A stretch of DNA of 64,000 nt from an archaeon (GTDB lineage Archaea; B1Sed10-29; WALL01): positions 8,786 through 72,785 of the forward strand of contig JBHOSQ010000004.1 of assembly GCA_042584585.1 (NCBI GenBank), read 5' to 3'. A model generated the notes under the pieces. It was not told the DNA's origin. It saw only the letters and a program-made list of their open reading frames with translations, and did not search any database. Below are positions 41,517 to 51,853 of the stretch, piece by piece. The stretch's first letter is position 1. Each line of letters starts with the position of its first letter. The position numbers and the translations under genes are program-made.

Positions 41517-42119
41517 TTACTTTTGTGCAATGGCGTTTAAAACCCTTTCGTGGTCAGAGCCCTCTCGGAGTATTTCGGGCGTGTCTCGGAGGTCGACGAC
41601 GGTCGAGGACTCGCCAACTATCTCCCCGGCATCGATGTAAAGCTCGACCAGGTCACCGAAGTAAGAAAAGGACTGCTCGGCCGTGGCCGCGGGCTCTTCG
41701 CCGGCCGGGTTCACGGAAGTTGCGGTGATTGGCTTGTTGAATGACTCGACTATTTCGGCCGCGAGGGGGTTCAGCGGAAGGCGGAACCCGATGCCGCTCG
41801 GCGAAAGGTTCCTTGCGAAGCCGCGGCCCTCGAGAATCACCGTGACTTTTCCGGGCAAAAGCTTTTTCAGGAGGGTTTCCTGCTCGGGGCTGACTTCAGA
41901 ATATGCCTTTAGCATTCGGAAGCTTGAGACCATGACGCTGATTGGCTGTTCTGGGTCGCGCTTCTTCAGGGTGAAGATTTGCCGGACGCAGTCGTGGCGC
42001 GTGGCATCGGCGCCCAGGCCGTAGAGCGTGTCGGTGGGATAGACCGCCATCATCCCCTCCTCTAGCACAGAGACTGCCCTCTCGACTATTCCGGGTGAGT
42101 TTGCCTTGAGTATTGCCAT
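41517..42119 (-). CDS. tsaC: L-threonylcarbamoyladenylate synthase (Sua5/TsaC/YwlC family)
   Basis: MMAVYPTDTLYGLGADA..., KKRDPEQPISVMV, LLPGKVTVIL. Confidence 0.85.
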   Translation of the reverse strand: MAILKANSPGIVERAVSVLEEGMMAVYPTDTLYGLGADATRHDCVRQIFTLKKRDPEQPISVMVSSFRMLKAYSEVSPEQETLLKKLLPGKVTVILEGRGFARNLSPSGIGFRLPLNPLAAEIVESFNKPITATSVNPAGEEPAATAEQSFSYFGDLVELYIDAGEIVGESSTVVDLRDTPEILREGSDHERVLNAIAQK

Positions 42120-42130
42120 TGTCTCCCCTT

Positions 42131-42796
42131 TTACTGCCTACCGGGCCTGCCGGTGAAATAAATGCCGATTGCGACAGAAATGATTGCGAACGTGATCAAG
42201 CCGAGGCTCTGGAGCAAGAGTATCACGCCCTGGTTTATGTCCGTGAAGTCCAGTGAGATTACCTGGGGCGCTATTGAGATGAGGACGTATAGGATGACGG
42301 CGACGCCGAAGAAGAGGAAGAACATCGAGGCGATGAGCCGCCACTGGCTCGGGCCCCCAAGCATGGAATCGATGTCGACGCGGTTCAGCTTCTGTGACTC
42401 GGCGAGCTTCAGGTTTTCTTCCCGCAGCTTCTTCACCGTCAAGGCCATGTCAGTGCTTTTTTGGTTGACGGTCTTGGCGAACTCGCCGAACTTTTGTTCT
42501 GACTCGGTGAGCACATCCTTCTTGAGCACTTCCGTCTTTTTCTCGAGTGCCTTCGCGACCATTCCGTCGATTAGTGCCTGGCTTTTTTGTAGGCGCTCGG
42601 AGATGAAGGAGTTCATCTCGCGCTTGAACTTTGAGTAAACGTCCTTGTCGGCGACTTCCATTATTTTTTTTATTTGGTCGTCCGATAGCCCCAGCTGCCG
42701 CAGGTTGTCGACAATTTTGTCGTCGGTGAGGCCCTCGGCACGCATATCCGCAACTATCTGCAGGATTTTGGGCTTTTCTGCCATAACGCCAACCAT
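42131..42796 (-). CDS. Hypothetical membrane protein: N-terminal helical/coiled-coil region, two C-terminal TM helices
   Basis: 221-aa ORF. The alternative ATG at 42784 (MAEKPKIL) is better spaced from the TATA at 42809-42818. Confidence 0.5.
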   Translation of the reverse strand: MVGVMAEKPKILQIVADMRAEGLTDDKIVDNLRQLGLSDDQIKKIMEVADKDVYSKFKREMNSFISERLQKSQALIDGMVAKALEKKTEVLKKDVLTESEQKFGEFAKTVNQKSTDMALTVKKLREENLKLAESQKLNRVDIDSMLGGPSQWRLIASMFFLFFGVAVILYVLISIAPQVISLDFTDINQGVILLLQSLGLITFAIISVAIGIYFTGRPGRQ

Positions 42797-42826
42797 TATA
42801 AGGTGAGGGTATTTAAAGTTATCTCG

Positions 42827-43291
42827 ATGGCTCTTGAGCTGCCCTCACTGCCGAAATCCGTTGTTTTCAACTCTTCGGTAATCGCCGCGATAGCGATGTC
42901 CGCGCTAATCGCAATCATTTTTTTGTGGCAGTTCACGCCGATGCTGATGGGCACGTTGGTGGCTCCGGAAGATTCCAAAAAAGAATTGAGTGTTGACTTT
43001 TATTATCTTCGCCAGGCCACGCCAGGCCTGCCATGGCAAGTCAACGGGACTGCGACAAACCCAGGCAACGAGACACTCACCAACATAAACCTCCGCATTT
43101 TTTCCGACAGCAACATTGATGGCGCAGACTACGACATAGCCTCCCTTGCGGGCGGGGCCACGGCCAACTTCACAATCGACGCAAAAATCAGGGCGTCCGC
43201 GTTCGAGGGGAAGTTCACCGCGCAAGCAATCGTTTCGGTCGAGGGCCAGGCCCCCACCGAGTATGCGATACCAGTAAGCATATCACGCTGA
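42827..43291 (+). CDS. Small membrane-anchored protein with a CARDB-like domain
   Basis: MALELPSLPKSVVFNSSVIAAIAMSALIAIIFLW (TM), then ...TNPGNETLTNINLRIFSDSN...LAGGATANFTI. Confidence 0.5.
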   Translation: MALELPSLPKSVVFNSSVIAAIAMSALIAIIFLWQFTPMLMGTLVAPEDSKKELSVDFYYLRQATPGLPWQVNGTATNPGNETLTNINLRIFSDSNIDGADYDIASLAGGATANFTIDAKIRASAFEGKFTAQAIVSVEGQAPTEYAIPVSISR

Positions 43292-43345
43292 TTGCCGAAG
43301 ATACATACGGTAATTATTTAAAGCGACCCGTTCTAAACCCTCTCC

Positions 43346-44026
43346 ATGGATTCTCTCAAGCAGCAGATAGCTGGCGAGATAGCCCTCTCCAAGAACCCGG
43401 GAGCGACGATAAAGAAGTGGCGCGAAATCTTCGGAGTCACCCAGACTGAATTGGCCGACTACCTGAAGATAACGCCGTCCACAATAAGTGACTACGAGAG
43501 CAACCGCCGCAAGAGCCCGGGAATCGGCGTAATCAGCAGGTTCGTCGACGCGCTAGTCGACATAGACGCCAACAAGGGAGGGTGGATCCACAAGAAGCTA
43601 GCGGGTGAAGAAAAGCCGGACGTCTTCAGCGTCGCGGACTTCAGCAAGCCCATCCCAGCGAAGGCGTTTGCCAACGCAATCGGCGGAAAAGTCGTGACCA
43701 ACAAGCGAAGGCTCTCCGAAATACAGCTGTCGGGATTCTCAATCGTGGACTCGCTTCGCGCGATTCTCGAGCTTCCGGTCGACAACTTCGCCAATATCTA
43801 TGGGAGGAGCAGCAACCGCGCGGTGATTTTCACGCGCGTTGACGTCGGTCGATCACCGATGGTAGCAATCAGGGTGACAAACCCCAAGCCGAGTGTTGTT
43901 GTCTACCACGGCCTCGACAAAATGGATGACCCGATTGCCAAGAAAATCAGCGAGGTTGAAAGGATTCCAATCATTCTCACGACAATGGACATTGAAACGA
44001 TAAAAGAACGTCTAGGAAGGTTTTGA
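43346..44026 (+). CDS. XRE-type HTH transcriptional regulator with an archaeal C-terminal domain
   Basis: [53 protein letters not shown] at 43314-43322. The stop abuts the HMG-CoA synthase start. Confidence 0.75.
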   Translation: MDSLKQQIAGEIALSKNPGATIKKWREIFGVTQTELADYLKITPSTISDYESNRRKSPGIGVISRFVDALVDIDANKGGWIHKKLAGEEKPDVFSVADFSKPIPAKAFANAIGGKVVTNKRRLSEIQLSGFSIVDSLRAILELPVDNFANIYGRSSNRAVIFTRVDVGRSPMVAIRVTNPKPSVVVYHGLDKMDDPIAKKISEVERIPIILTTMDIETIKERLGRF

Positions 44027-44028
44027 AA

Positions 44029-45057
44029 ATGGCAGGCATAGTCGGATACGGCGCGTACATCCCGCGCTACAGGATAAAAGTCGAGGAGATTGCGAGTGTC
44101 TGGGGCAAAGACGCTGAAGCAATCAAGCGAGGGCTCGGCGTGAAGGAAAAAAGCGTGCCTGGCCTGGACGAAGACACAATCACTATTTCGACGCATGCCG
44201 CGCGCAACGCCATTGAGTATTCAGGCATTGACCCCAAAGAAATCGGCGCGGTGTATGTCGGAAGTGAGTCACACCCTTACGCTGTAAAGCCTTCCGCGAC
44301 AACGGTGGCGGAGGCAATCAACGCGACACCGGAACTGACTGCGGCGGACTACGAGTTCGCGTGCAAGGCAGGGACAGCCGCAATCCAGACGTGCATGGCA
44401 ATGGTCGACTCGGGGATGGTGAAGTACGGCCTCGCGATTGGCGCTGACACGAGCCAGGGCCGGCCGGGCGACGCGCTCGAGTACACGGCTGCGGCAGGCG
44501 GCGCGGCATTCATAATCGGAAAAAAGGACACGATTGCGGACATCGAGGCGACTTATTCGTTTACTACTGACACGCCCGACTTTTGGAGGCGCGAGGGGCA
44601 GGAATACCCCCAGCACGGCGCGAGGTTCACTGGCGTGCCGGCGTACTTCAGGCACGTACAGGGAGCGACCGACGGATTGCTCAAGAAGACCGGGCACGCC
44701 TTAGATGATTTCGACTACGTCGTCTTCCACCAGCCCAACGCCAAGTTCCCGCTGAGGATGGGGAAGAAGATGGGCATCCCGATGGAGAAGATGGAGACTG
44801 GCTTGGTCGGCAAGCGCATCGGAAACACTTATTCCGGCGCAACCCCCCTGGGGCTTGCGGCGGTCCTTGACGAGGCAAAGGCGGGGGACTTGATTCTGGC
44901 CACGAGCTTCGGGTCGGGGGCGGGCAGCGACTCGTTCGCGATAAAGGTAACGGACAAAATCCACAAGAACACTAGGCCTGTGGACATGTACGCGTCAAGG
45001 GTGCATTACCTGAGCTACGGCGAGTACGTGAAGCACAGAAAGAAAATCAAGATGTGA
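44029..45057 (+). CDS. Hydroxymethylglutaryl-CoA synthase (archaeal type)
   Basis: [22 protein letters not shown]..., [14 protein letters not shown], active-site region [10 protein letters not shown]. Confidence 0.9.
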   Translation: MAGIVGYGAYIPRYRIKVEEIASVWGKDAEAIKRGLGVKEKSVPGLDEDTITISTHAARNAIEYSGIDPKEIGAVYVGSESHPYAVKPSATTVAEAINATPELTAADYEFACKAGTAAIQTCMAMVDSGMVKYGLAIGADTSQGRPGDALEYTAAAGGAAFIIGKKDTIADIEATYSFTTDTPDFWRREGQEYPQHGARFTGVPAYFRHVQGATDGLLKKTGHALDDFDYVVFHQPNAKFPLRMGKKMGIPMEKMETGLVGKRIGNTYSGATPLGLAAVLDEAKAGDLILATSFGSGAGSDSFAIKVTDKIHKNTRPVDMYASRVHYLSYGEYVKHRKKIKM

Positions 45058-45062
45058 TTGGC

Positions 45063-46229
45063 ATGGAAAAAGTCGCGATAATCGGAACCGGGATGACCAA
45101 GTTCGGCGAGCACTGGGACAAGGGCTTGCGAGACTTGATAGCCGAGGCGGGCGCGAAAGCGGTCACCGACGCAGGCATCGAGGGCAAGGACATCCAGGCA
45201 ATTTACGGGGGCAACATGAGTGCCGGCAGGTTCATCGGCCAGGAGCACGTTGGCGCACTCATCGCGGACGCGATTGGCTTGTGCCCGATTCCATCGACCC
45301 GTGTCGAGGCGGCGTGTGCGTCTGGCGGGCTCGCGCTTCGTGATGCGTACCTTGCGGTCGCGGGCGGAGCTTACGACGTTGTCGTCGCGGGCGGCGTCGA
45401 GAAAATGACGGATGTTTATACTGAGCAGGTCTCGCTGACGCTGGGCGGTGCGGGTGACCAGGAGTGGGAAGTTTTCCACGGCGCCACGTTCCCGTCACTT
45501 TACGGGATAATGGCGAGGCGGCACATGCATGACTACGGGACGACCGAAGAGCAGATGGCCGCGGTCGCGGTCAAGAACCATTCCAACGGCGCGAAAAACC
45601 CACTCGCGCAGTTCCCGTTCGAGATTACCGTCGACCAGGTGATGAAGTCGGGGAAGGTGGCGGAGCCATTGAAGCTGCTGGACTGCTCTCCGATTACTGA
45701 CGGCGCGGCCGCGGTGATAATCGCGAACGAAAAGTTCGCGAGGAAGGTGTGCGAGACTCCGGTGTGGATAACCGGAAGCGGGCACGCCACTGACACTCTG
45801 GCCCTAGATGACCGCAGGAGCATTACTGAATTGGACGCTGCGAAGCTCGCCGCACGGGTTGCGATGAAGCAGGCTAACGTCACGCCGAAGGACATTGACC
45901 TTGCGGAGGTCCACGACTGCTTCACGATTGCGGAGATTTGTGCGGTAGAGGACATCGGCTTCGTCAAGAAGGGCGAGGGCGGCAAGGCAGAGGAAGACGG
46001 AATTTTCGACCTTAACTCCGACATCTCAATTAACACTAGCGGTGGTTTGAAGTCTTGTGGCCACCCCGTTGGGGCGACAGGCATCAAGCAGGCCGTCGAA
46101 GTGACGTGGCAGCTGCGCGGTGACGCCGGGAAGCGCCAGGTCGACAAGGCAGAAACGGCCTTGACACACAACATTGGCGGGTCGGGGGCGACTGCTGTCG
46201 TACATGTTTACTCAAGGGAGGTGCAATAG
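45063..46229 (+). CDS. Acetyl-CoA acetyltransferase (thiolase)
   Basis: [17 protein letters not shown]..., [10 protein letters not shown] (catalytic Cys), C-terminal GHPVGATG and NIGGSGA. Confidence 0.9.
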   Translation: MEKVAIIGTGMTKFGEHWDKGLRDLIAEAGAKAVTDAGIEGKDIQAIYGGNMSAGRFIGQEHVGALIADAIGLCPIPSTRVEAACASGGLALRDAYLAVAGGAYDVVVAGGVEKMTDVYTEQVSLTLGGAGDQEWEVFHGATFPSLYGIMARRHMHDYGTTEEQMAAVAVKNHSNGAKNPLAQFPFEITVDQVMKSGKVAEPLKLLDCSPITDGAAAVIIANEKFARKVCETPVWITGSGHATDTLALDDRRSITELDAAKLAARVAMKQANVTPKDIDLAEVHDCFTIAEICAVEDIGFVKKGEGGKAEEDGIFDLNSDISINTSGGLKSCGHPVGATGIKQAVEVTWQLRGDAGKRQVDKAETALTHNIGGSGATAVVHVYSREVQ

Positions 46230-46649
46230 ATGCCGCACAGAAAGAGCCTTGCATCGATGTGGCGGAGGGCGCCGCAGCGCTACCGAATGGAAAGCACGAT
46301 GTGCAGTAGCTGCAACACGTATTTCTTCCCGCCCAGGAACTTTTGCCCGACTTGCAGGCGCAAGAGCAAGATAGAGCCGTACGTCCCGTCCGGAAAGGGC
46401 AAGGTTTACTCGTACTCCATTGTGCACGTGGCTCAGGAGGGCTTCGAACTGGAAGTGCCTTACGTCCTCGCGATTGTCGAGCTGAAGGAAGGGGCAAAGG
46501 TGACGGCACAGGTGTGTGACGTAAACTTTGATGAGCTGAAGATCGGGATGCCGGTCGAGACTACCTTCAGGAGAATCAGCGAGGGTGGAGAAAAAGGCAT
46601 AATCCATTATGCCTACAAGTTTATTCCTACAAGCGAACAGAGTAAGTGA
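46230..46649 (+). CDS. DUF35 Zn-ribbon/OB-fold protein (scaffold of the archaeal thiolase/HMGCS complex)
   Basis: CSSCNTYFFPPRNFCPTCRRKS, then the OB-fold GKVYSYSIVH..., immediately after the thiolase. Confidence 0.85.
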   Translation: MPHRKSLASMWRRAPQRYRMESTMCSSCNTYFFPPRNFCPTCRRKSKIEPYVPSGKGKVYSYSIVHVAQEGFELEVPYVLAIVELKEGAKVTAQVCDVNFDELKIGMPVETTFRRISEGGEKGIIHYAYKFIPTSEQSK

Positions 46650-47334
46650 CCGAGTAGCGGTTTTTTCCGGTCTCCTTGTTCACGCCACGTAGGGTGTACG
46701 ATTCCTTGACTACCGGGCGGTATGTCGCCTGCAGGTGCTGTAGCGAGATTTTCGCGGCGCGCTTTGAGCCGAAGTAGATGTCGATGCCGTTCTTGACCAG
46801 TTCGTACCTGAAGATTTCTGCCTTGCGGTCTTTTTTCACGAGCGCGTGCGCCTCGTTCCGCAGGAAAATCAGCGCGGTCTTCAGGCGGTTCAGGTCCACC
46901 ACCTTTTCCTTGGGCCGGAGCTGGATTATTGCCTCGTAATAGTCCCCGCTCTTGCGCGAGCAGACTTCGCATATTTGCTTGGCGTACTTCACGGTGAATG
47001 GCTTTGTTATCGTGACTTCTTCGCCGCCGAGCGTGCCCTTGACCGTAACGTCGTACACTTCTGCCGTCTGGGACTGTTCTGCGCGCTCGACTGATATTTC
47101 TGCGTCGTCGAGCAAGGTCTTGACGTGCGAGCGGACTATCTCTTTCATGGACGCTGAGCCGCCGCTTTCCCACTCGCCCCTTGACTTTACGCGGAGGCAG
47201 CGCTGGCACCGCTTGATTGCCATGCCCTCTATTTCGACAAGGCCAGGGTGGTCGGCAAGAAAACAGTCGATGCAAAATCCCTTGTAGAACGACTTGCTGG
47301 TCTCGCCGCACTTGGGGCAGAACCTATCCTTCAC
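46627..47334 (-). CDS. NMD3-family ribosomal large-subunit biogenesis protein
   Basis: FCPKCG...GFCIDCF...CQRCLRV...CEVC Cys clusters. The likely start is a GTG at 47334 overlapping the upstream stop (GTGA); the track ORF extends to 47409. Confidence 0.75.
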   Translation of the reverse strand: MKDRFCPKCGETSKSFYKGFCIDCFLADHPGLVEIEGMAIKRCQRCLRVKSRGEWESGGSASMKEIVRSHVKTLLDDAEISVERAEQSQTAEVYDVTVKGTLGGEEVTITKPFTVKYAKQICEVCSRKSGDYYEAIIQLRPKEKVVDLNRLKTALIFLRNEAHALVKKDRKAEIFRYELVKNGIDIYFGSKRAAKISLQHLQATYRPVVKESYTLRGVNKETGKNRYSVTYSVRL

Positions 47335-48614
47335 AAGTAGTCCTCCAGCTTGTACTTCTCGCCGAGTCTCGGCGCGAAGGCGTAGCAACCGAGCTCGTCC
47401 TCGGCCCACTGCCTAAGGGCATCGCACTGCTCTTCTTCGCCGTGATTAACGAACACTGCGGACGGGTCCATGGACTTCAACATTTTGTGCAGGCCACTCA
47501 CTCCGGAGTGCGCGGAAAAGTCAAAGTGCCTCACGTCAAGGTTCGGGACGTTGGTGACCCTGTCGTCGGCCTCGAGCCTGTGCTCGTTCAACAGCTTGTT
47601 GCCTGGCGTGCCAGGCACCTGGAACCCGGTGAAGAAGACAGCGGACTTGCTGAGGTCTTTTATGTCCTGGACGTAGCGCACCGCCGGGCCACCCGAAAGC
47701 ATGCCCGCGGTCGAGACGACGACGGACGGCTCGTTGAACACTGTGTTTCGCTGGGGCGGCGCGACAATCCAATTCGCCCACTTCATTGCCTCGTAAAACT
47801 CTTCGTAGTCCCTGATTAGCTCAGGGAAGTCAAGATAAATTTCGGTGACCGCGCGTGACATGCCGTCCATGTAGACGGGGACCTCGAGCCGGTGCGCGTA
47901 AAGCATGGTGATTATTTCCTGGGTGCGGCCGACCGCAAAGCACGGCAGGAGCACTGAGCCGCCGGCTTCGGTGACCTCGCGAATGGAGGCGATGAATTCT
48001 TTCTCGAGCTGCTTGCGTGGGGGGTGGTCACTCATTCCGTACGTCGCCTCGACGATGACGGCGTCCGCCTTCTTCGGGTACTGGGCGGGCGAGTGGAGGT
48101 GGGTTTCTTCGGACTTGACGTCGCCGGAATAGACAATGGTTTTTCCTTCCGCCTCGGCCTCGACTATGGAGGCGCCGAGTATGTGGCCCGCGTCGTGCAT
48201 CTTGACGGACAGGTCGGAAGTCACGGTGTAGTCCTTGCCGTAGCTGAGCCCGTCCGTGTTGCGGAGCATCCGCTTGAGCTGGGCCTTGGTGAAGCATTGG
48301 GTCCGGTTGAGCCTCGCGATTTTTAGGGAGTCGTTGAGCAGCAGCTGGGTGATTGGCACGGTTGCCGTGTGCGTGAGGACGCGGGGCTCCCCGGCCTGGA
48401 AGAGGTACGGGACTCCACCGCTGTGGTCGAGGTGCGCGTGCGAAAGCACTACCGCGTCGAGGAAGCCATGGACCGGCAGCGGGAACTGCGGCTGGCTGTT
48501 CCTGTCCTCTGCCATTTTCATTCCGTAGTCAAAAACTACTTTGCTTTTCTTTGTTTCGAGGAGTGCCGCACTCCTCCCGACTTCGCGCGCGGCGCCCAAA
48601 AAAGACAGTTGCAT
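47331..48614 (-). CDS. Beta-CASP / metallo-beta-lactamase ribonuclease (aCPSF2-like, no KH domains)
   Basis: MQLSFLGAAREVGRSA..., VVLSHAHLDHSGG, later D/H motifs. ATG at 48614. Confidence 0.8.
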   Translation of the reverse strand: MQLSFLGAAREVGRSAALLETKKSKVVFDYGMKMAEDRNSQPQFPLPVHGFLDAVVLSHAHLDHSGGVPYLFQAGEPRVLTHTATVPITQLLLNDSLKIARLNRTQCFTKAQLKRMLRNTDGLSYGKDYTVTSDLSVKMHDAGHILGASIVEAEAEGKTIVYSGDVKSEETHLHSPAQYPKKADAVIVEATYGMSDHPPRKQLEKEFIASIREVTEAGGSVLLPCFAVGRTQEIITMLYAHRLEVPVYMDGMSRAVTEIYLDFPELIRDYEEFYEAMKWANWIVAPPQRNTVFNEPSVVVSTAGMLSGGPAVRYVQDIKDLSKSAVFFTGFQVPGTPGNKLLNEHRLEADDRVTNVPNLDVRHFDFSAHSGVSGLHKMLKSMDPSAVFVNHGEEEQCDALRQWAEDELGCYAFAPRLGEKYKLEDYL

Positions 48615-48636
48615 CGCGCTAGTTAAACCCAAGAAG

Positions 48637-48646
48637 CTTTATAAAG
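48637..48646. promoter_or_regulatory. Palindromic shared TATA box CTTTATAAAG
   Basis: Placed symmetrically: 22 nt separate it from both the ATG at 48614 (-) and the ATG at 48669 (+). Confidence 0.6.
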
Positions 48647-48668
48647 ATACGGTGTGTCTTACGGAACA

Positions 48669-49298
48669 ATGCTCTCAATGCGCGATGGGTTCAGGCTCTT
48701 GGACAAGTACGGAATTCCCACCGCACGGTTTGCGGTCGCAAAAAACGCTGACTCTGCGGCAAAGGCTGCGAAAAAAATCGGGTACCCTGTTGCCATCAAG
48801 GTCGACTCGCCGGACATAGTGCACAAGACTGACAGGGGCGTTGTTGCCTCCGGCATCACGAACGAAAAAGAGCTGCGCGCGGCCGTCAAGAGAGTGATGA
48901 AGCGCGCGGGAAAGGCCAAAGCCAAATCAATAATCGTCCAGGAGCATTGCTCGGGAAAAGAAGTGATTATCGGCGGGGCCACGGACCCCCAGTTCGGGGA
49001 CGTTGTGCTGTTCGGGCTCGGCGGGATTTTTGTCGAGGTGCTCAAGGACTTTTCAATCAGGGTCACACCAATCACCAAGATGGATGCGGAGGCAATGGTG
49101 GAAGAGCTCCGTGGCTATCCATTGCTCGCGGGCGTGAGAGGTGAAGAGCCCGTGGACATTCCGACCATCGTCTCAACGATTGTCAAGGTATCGAGGATGC
49201 TCGAGAACGAGCCGAAGATAAAGGAGCTGGACATCAACCCCTTGTTCGTTGACGCCAAAGGCGTAAGGGCCGCGGACGTGAGGGTGATTACTTGCTAA
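48669..49298 (+). CDS. acdB: Acetate--CoA ligase (ADP-forming), beta subunit (ATP-grasp)
   Basis: MLSMRDGFRLLDKYGIPTARF..., GYPVAIKVDSPDIVHKTDRGVV. Confidence 0.8.
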   Translation: MLSMRDGFRLLDKYGIPTARFAVAKNADSAAKAAKKIGYPVAIKVDSPDIVHKTDRGVVASGITNEKELRAAVKRVMKRAGKAKAKSIIVQEHCSGKEVIIGGATDPQFGDVVLFGLGGIFVEVLKDFSIRVTPITKMDAEAMVEELRGYPLLAGVRGEEPVDIPTIVSTIVKVSRMLENEPKIKELDINPLFVDAKGVRAADVRVITC

Positions 49299-50665
49299 AG
49301 CATGTGTTCAACCCGGGCAGCATCGCAATGGTCGGAGCCTCGGCCACGCCAGGCAAAATCGGGCATGTGATTCTCCAGGGAATAATCAAGGGCTTCGATG
49401 GCCCGATTTATCCGGTCAACCCGCACGAAAAAGAAATTCTTGGGCTGCAGTGCCACCCGAACGTAAGCGCAATCCCGAAAAAGGTTGGGCTCGCCGTAAT
49501 CGCGGTGCCGGCAAAGCTTGTCCCCCAGGTCATGGCGGACTGCGGCAAGAAGGGCGTCAAGGCAGCGATAATAATCTCGGGCGGGTTCAGTGAGGTCGGC
49601 AAATCCGAGCTCGAGGAAAAAGTGCGGCGCATCGCGGACAAGCACGGGATATCTGTCATCGGGCCGAACTGCCTCGGCGTTTTCGACTCCGTGACCAAGG
49701 TGGACACATTGTTCAACCCGCGCTACAAAATGGAGAGGCCGAGGCCGGGCGGGATTTCATTCATCACGCAGTCGGGCGCGGTCGGCGCGGTGGTTATGGA
49801 CTGGGCCGGCGCGGAAGGGTTCGGCGTGAGCAAGTTCATTTCGTACGGCAACGCACTCAACATTGATGAGGTCGACTTGCTGGACTACCTCGGCAAGGAC
49901 GATGCCACAAAAGTAATCTGCATGTACCTCGAAGGCACCAAGCGGGGGAAGGAGTTCATCAAGGCCGCGAAGCGCGTCAGCGCCAAAAAGCCGATTGTTG
50001 GGATAAAGGCGGGAAAGACCGAGGCGGGCGCCAAGGCAGTGGCGTCACACACCGGCTCGCTCGCCGGCTCCGCCAAGGTGTGGAAGGCCGCGTTCAGCCA
50101 GGCGGGAGTTGTCGAGGCGGAAGGAATCGCCGAGATGTTCAACTACGCGCGTGTGTTCGCGGAACAGCCCCTCCCGAAGGGGGACCGCGTCGGCATCATC
50201 ACGAACGGCGGTGGGTTTGGCGTGCTTGCGACGGACGCGTGCATAAGCAACGGGCTCAGGGTGGACCCGCTGTCGAAGGCTACTGCGCAAGCCATTCGGA
50301 AGCGCGTGCCGGATTACGCGGTGGTGAAGAACCCGGTGGACTTGGTTGGTGACGCCGACTTCCACAGGTACGAGGCGGCGCTCGACGCCATGATGAATGA
50401 CAAGAGCATCGACTCGATACTCTGCATTATTCTGTTCCAGACCGCGGACATAAACTCAAACGTGATAAGCGTAATCGCGGAAGCAAGCGACAAACAAAAA
50501 AAGCCGGTAATTTGTTGTGCCGCGGGTGGCGCGTACTCGCAGCTGCACAGCCAATTGCTTGAGGAGGCGGGCGTCCCGACGTTCAGCAGCCTGCGTGCCG
50601 CGGCCGACACTTTGGCTGCAATAACTTATTACGACGAGTTCAAGGAGTCTATTCTTCGAAAATGA
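49292..50665 (+). CDS. acdA: Acetate--CoA ligase (ADP-forming), alpha subunit (CoA-binding/ligase-CoA)
   Basis: SIAMVGASATPGKIGHVI..., GPNCLGV, ASHTGSLAGS (phosphohistidine loop). The start codon is uncertain (TTG at 49292 overlapping the upstream stop). Confidence 0.8.
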   Translation: MLKHVFNPGSIAMVGASATPGKIGHVILQGIIKGFDGPIYPVNPHEKEILGLQCHPNVSAIPKKVGLAVIAVPAKLVPQVMADCGKKGVKAAIIISGGFSEVGKSELEEKVRRIADKHGISVIGPNCLGVFDSVTKVDTLFNPRYKMERPRPGGISFITQSGAVGAVVMDWAGAEGFGVSKFISYGNALNIDEVDLLDYLGKDDATKVICMYLEGTKRGKEFIKAAKRVSAKKPIVGIKAGKTEAGAKAVASHTGSLAGSAKVWKAAFSQAGVVEAEGIAEMFNYARVFAEQPLPKGDRVGIITNGGGFGVLATDACISNGLRVDPLSKATAQAIRKRVPDYAVVKNPVDLVGDADFHRYEAALDAMMNDKSIDSILCIILFQTADINSNVISVIAEASDKQKKPVICCAAGGAYSQLHSQLLEEAGVPTFSSLRAAADTLAAITYYDEFKESILRK

Positions 50666-51827
50666 GGCGGCGGGCCTCGGTTTCTTTTCCCTCGACCAGC
50701 AGCGGCAGCAGCTCATTGGCTTTCGGTCCGGAGTATCCCGCCTGCTCAAGGTTCTTGTCGAGTATTGACAGGCCGATTTCGTCAATGCTTTTTTTTGCCT
50801 GTGCCTGGCGGAGCAGCTCTATTTTTTTCCTGAACTGTTCTGCCTCGGCTGTGCTGTCAACGCTTATTATCAAGTCGCCGAAGCCACGCGTGATGTCACG
50901 GGTGTTGATGGAAGAGCCCGGTGGCAAAGAGCCGGTGATTTTCAGCTTGATGAGCGGCTTTGGGTTGTGCGGTTCCACGTTTTCAAGCAGCTGCCTGGCC
51001 TTGGAAATTGTGTCCGATGCTGTGCCGCTTGCTTCGACGTCGAAGCAGTGCAGCGGGCGCGGGGTCTCAAGCTTTTCTGAAGAAAGGGCTTTTGTTGCGG
51101 TGTCGTAGAACCAGACGTGCTTCGGCTGCTCTGCCTCGGCCTTGCGCATTTGGGTGATTATGGTGCTGCCGGGGTGGAGTAGGATTTTGCCGTCTTTTTC
51201 CTTGACGTCGCTCGTGTGCACGTGGCCGTTTACGTATAGGTCGAATCCGGGAGGGAGATTATCCATTGACAAAAACGCTGCGTCCTCGTAGATGTATTCC
51301 CTGAAGCTCTGGTGCAGCATAAGGATGTTCACTGCGCCTGCAATTGGTGTAAAGCTGCACTCCTGGAGCGCGGAGGGCGCGTACTGTTCCGGCACGCCAC
51401 CCATGCCATGGATGGCCACCGCTTCGTTGCCTTTCGAAAGGATTACTGCGTCGTTGTGGACGTGGATGCAGACACCAGCCCCGTCCATGAGCTCGATTGG
51501 GTTGGTGAGCCCGCGGGCGCGCCTCTCGTGCGTTCCGTGGATTGCTACGATTGGTGTGCCAACGCCGACGGCGAGGTCTTTTCCCGAGCGAAACGCGGTG
51601 ACTGCCGCGCCACTGTGCGACGCGCGGGCGATTCCCAGCACGCGCATGGCCTGGTCCATGACTTCCGGCTTGGGGACGCGGGAGTCGAAGACGTCTCCAG
51701 GCAGAAGGATTACGTCAGCGTCGAGGCACTTGGCAAGGGCTTCCCGGCCCTGGACAAAGCTGTCATCCTCGCGCTCGGTGCCCCATGCATACCCGAAGTG
51801 CAGGTCGCTGGCGATAGCTATCTTCAT
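50649..51827 (-). CDS. Mre11/SbcD-like metallophosphoesterase nuclease
   Basis: MKIAIASDLHFG, LLPGDVFD, AIHGTHE, VNGHVHT. No rad50-like gene is adjacent. Confidence 0.65.
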   Translation of the reverse strand: MKIAIASDLHFGYAWGTEREDDSFVQGREALAKCLDADVILLPGDVFDSRVPKPEVMDQAMRVLGIARASHSGAAVTAFRSGKDLAVGVGTPIVAIHGTHERRARGLTNPIELMDGAGVCIHVHNDAVILSKGNEAVAIHGMGGVPEQYAPSALQECSFTPIAGAVNILMLHQSFREYIYEDAAFLSMDNLPPGFDLYVNGHVHTSDVKEKDGKILLHPGSTIITQMRKAEAEQPKHVWFYDTATKALSSEKLETPRPLHCFDVEASGTASDTISKARQLLENVEPHNPKPLIKLKITGSLPPGSSINTRDITRGFGDLIISVDSTAEAEQFRKKIELLRQAQAKKSIDEIGLSILDKNLEQAGYSGPKANELLPLLVEGKETEARRLIFEE

Positions 51828-51853
51828 TGGTAGTGTTAAGGCAAGAAAGAGTA

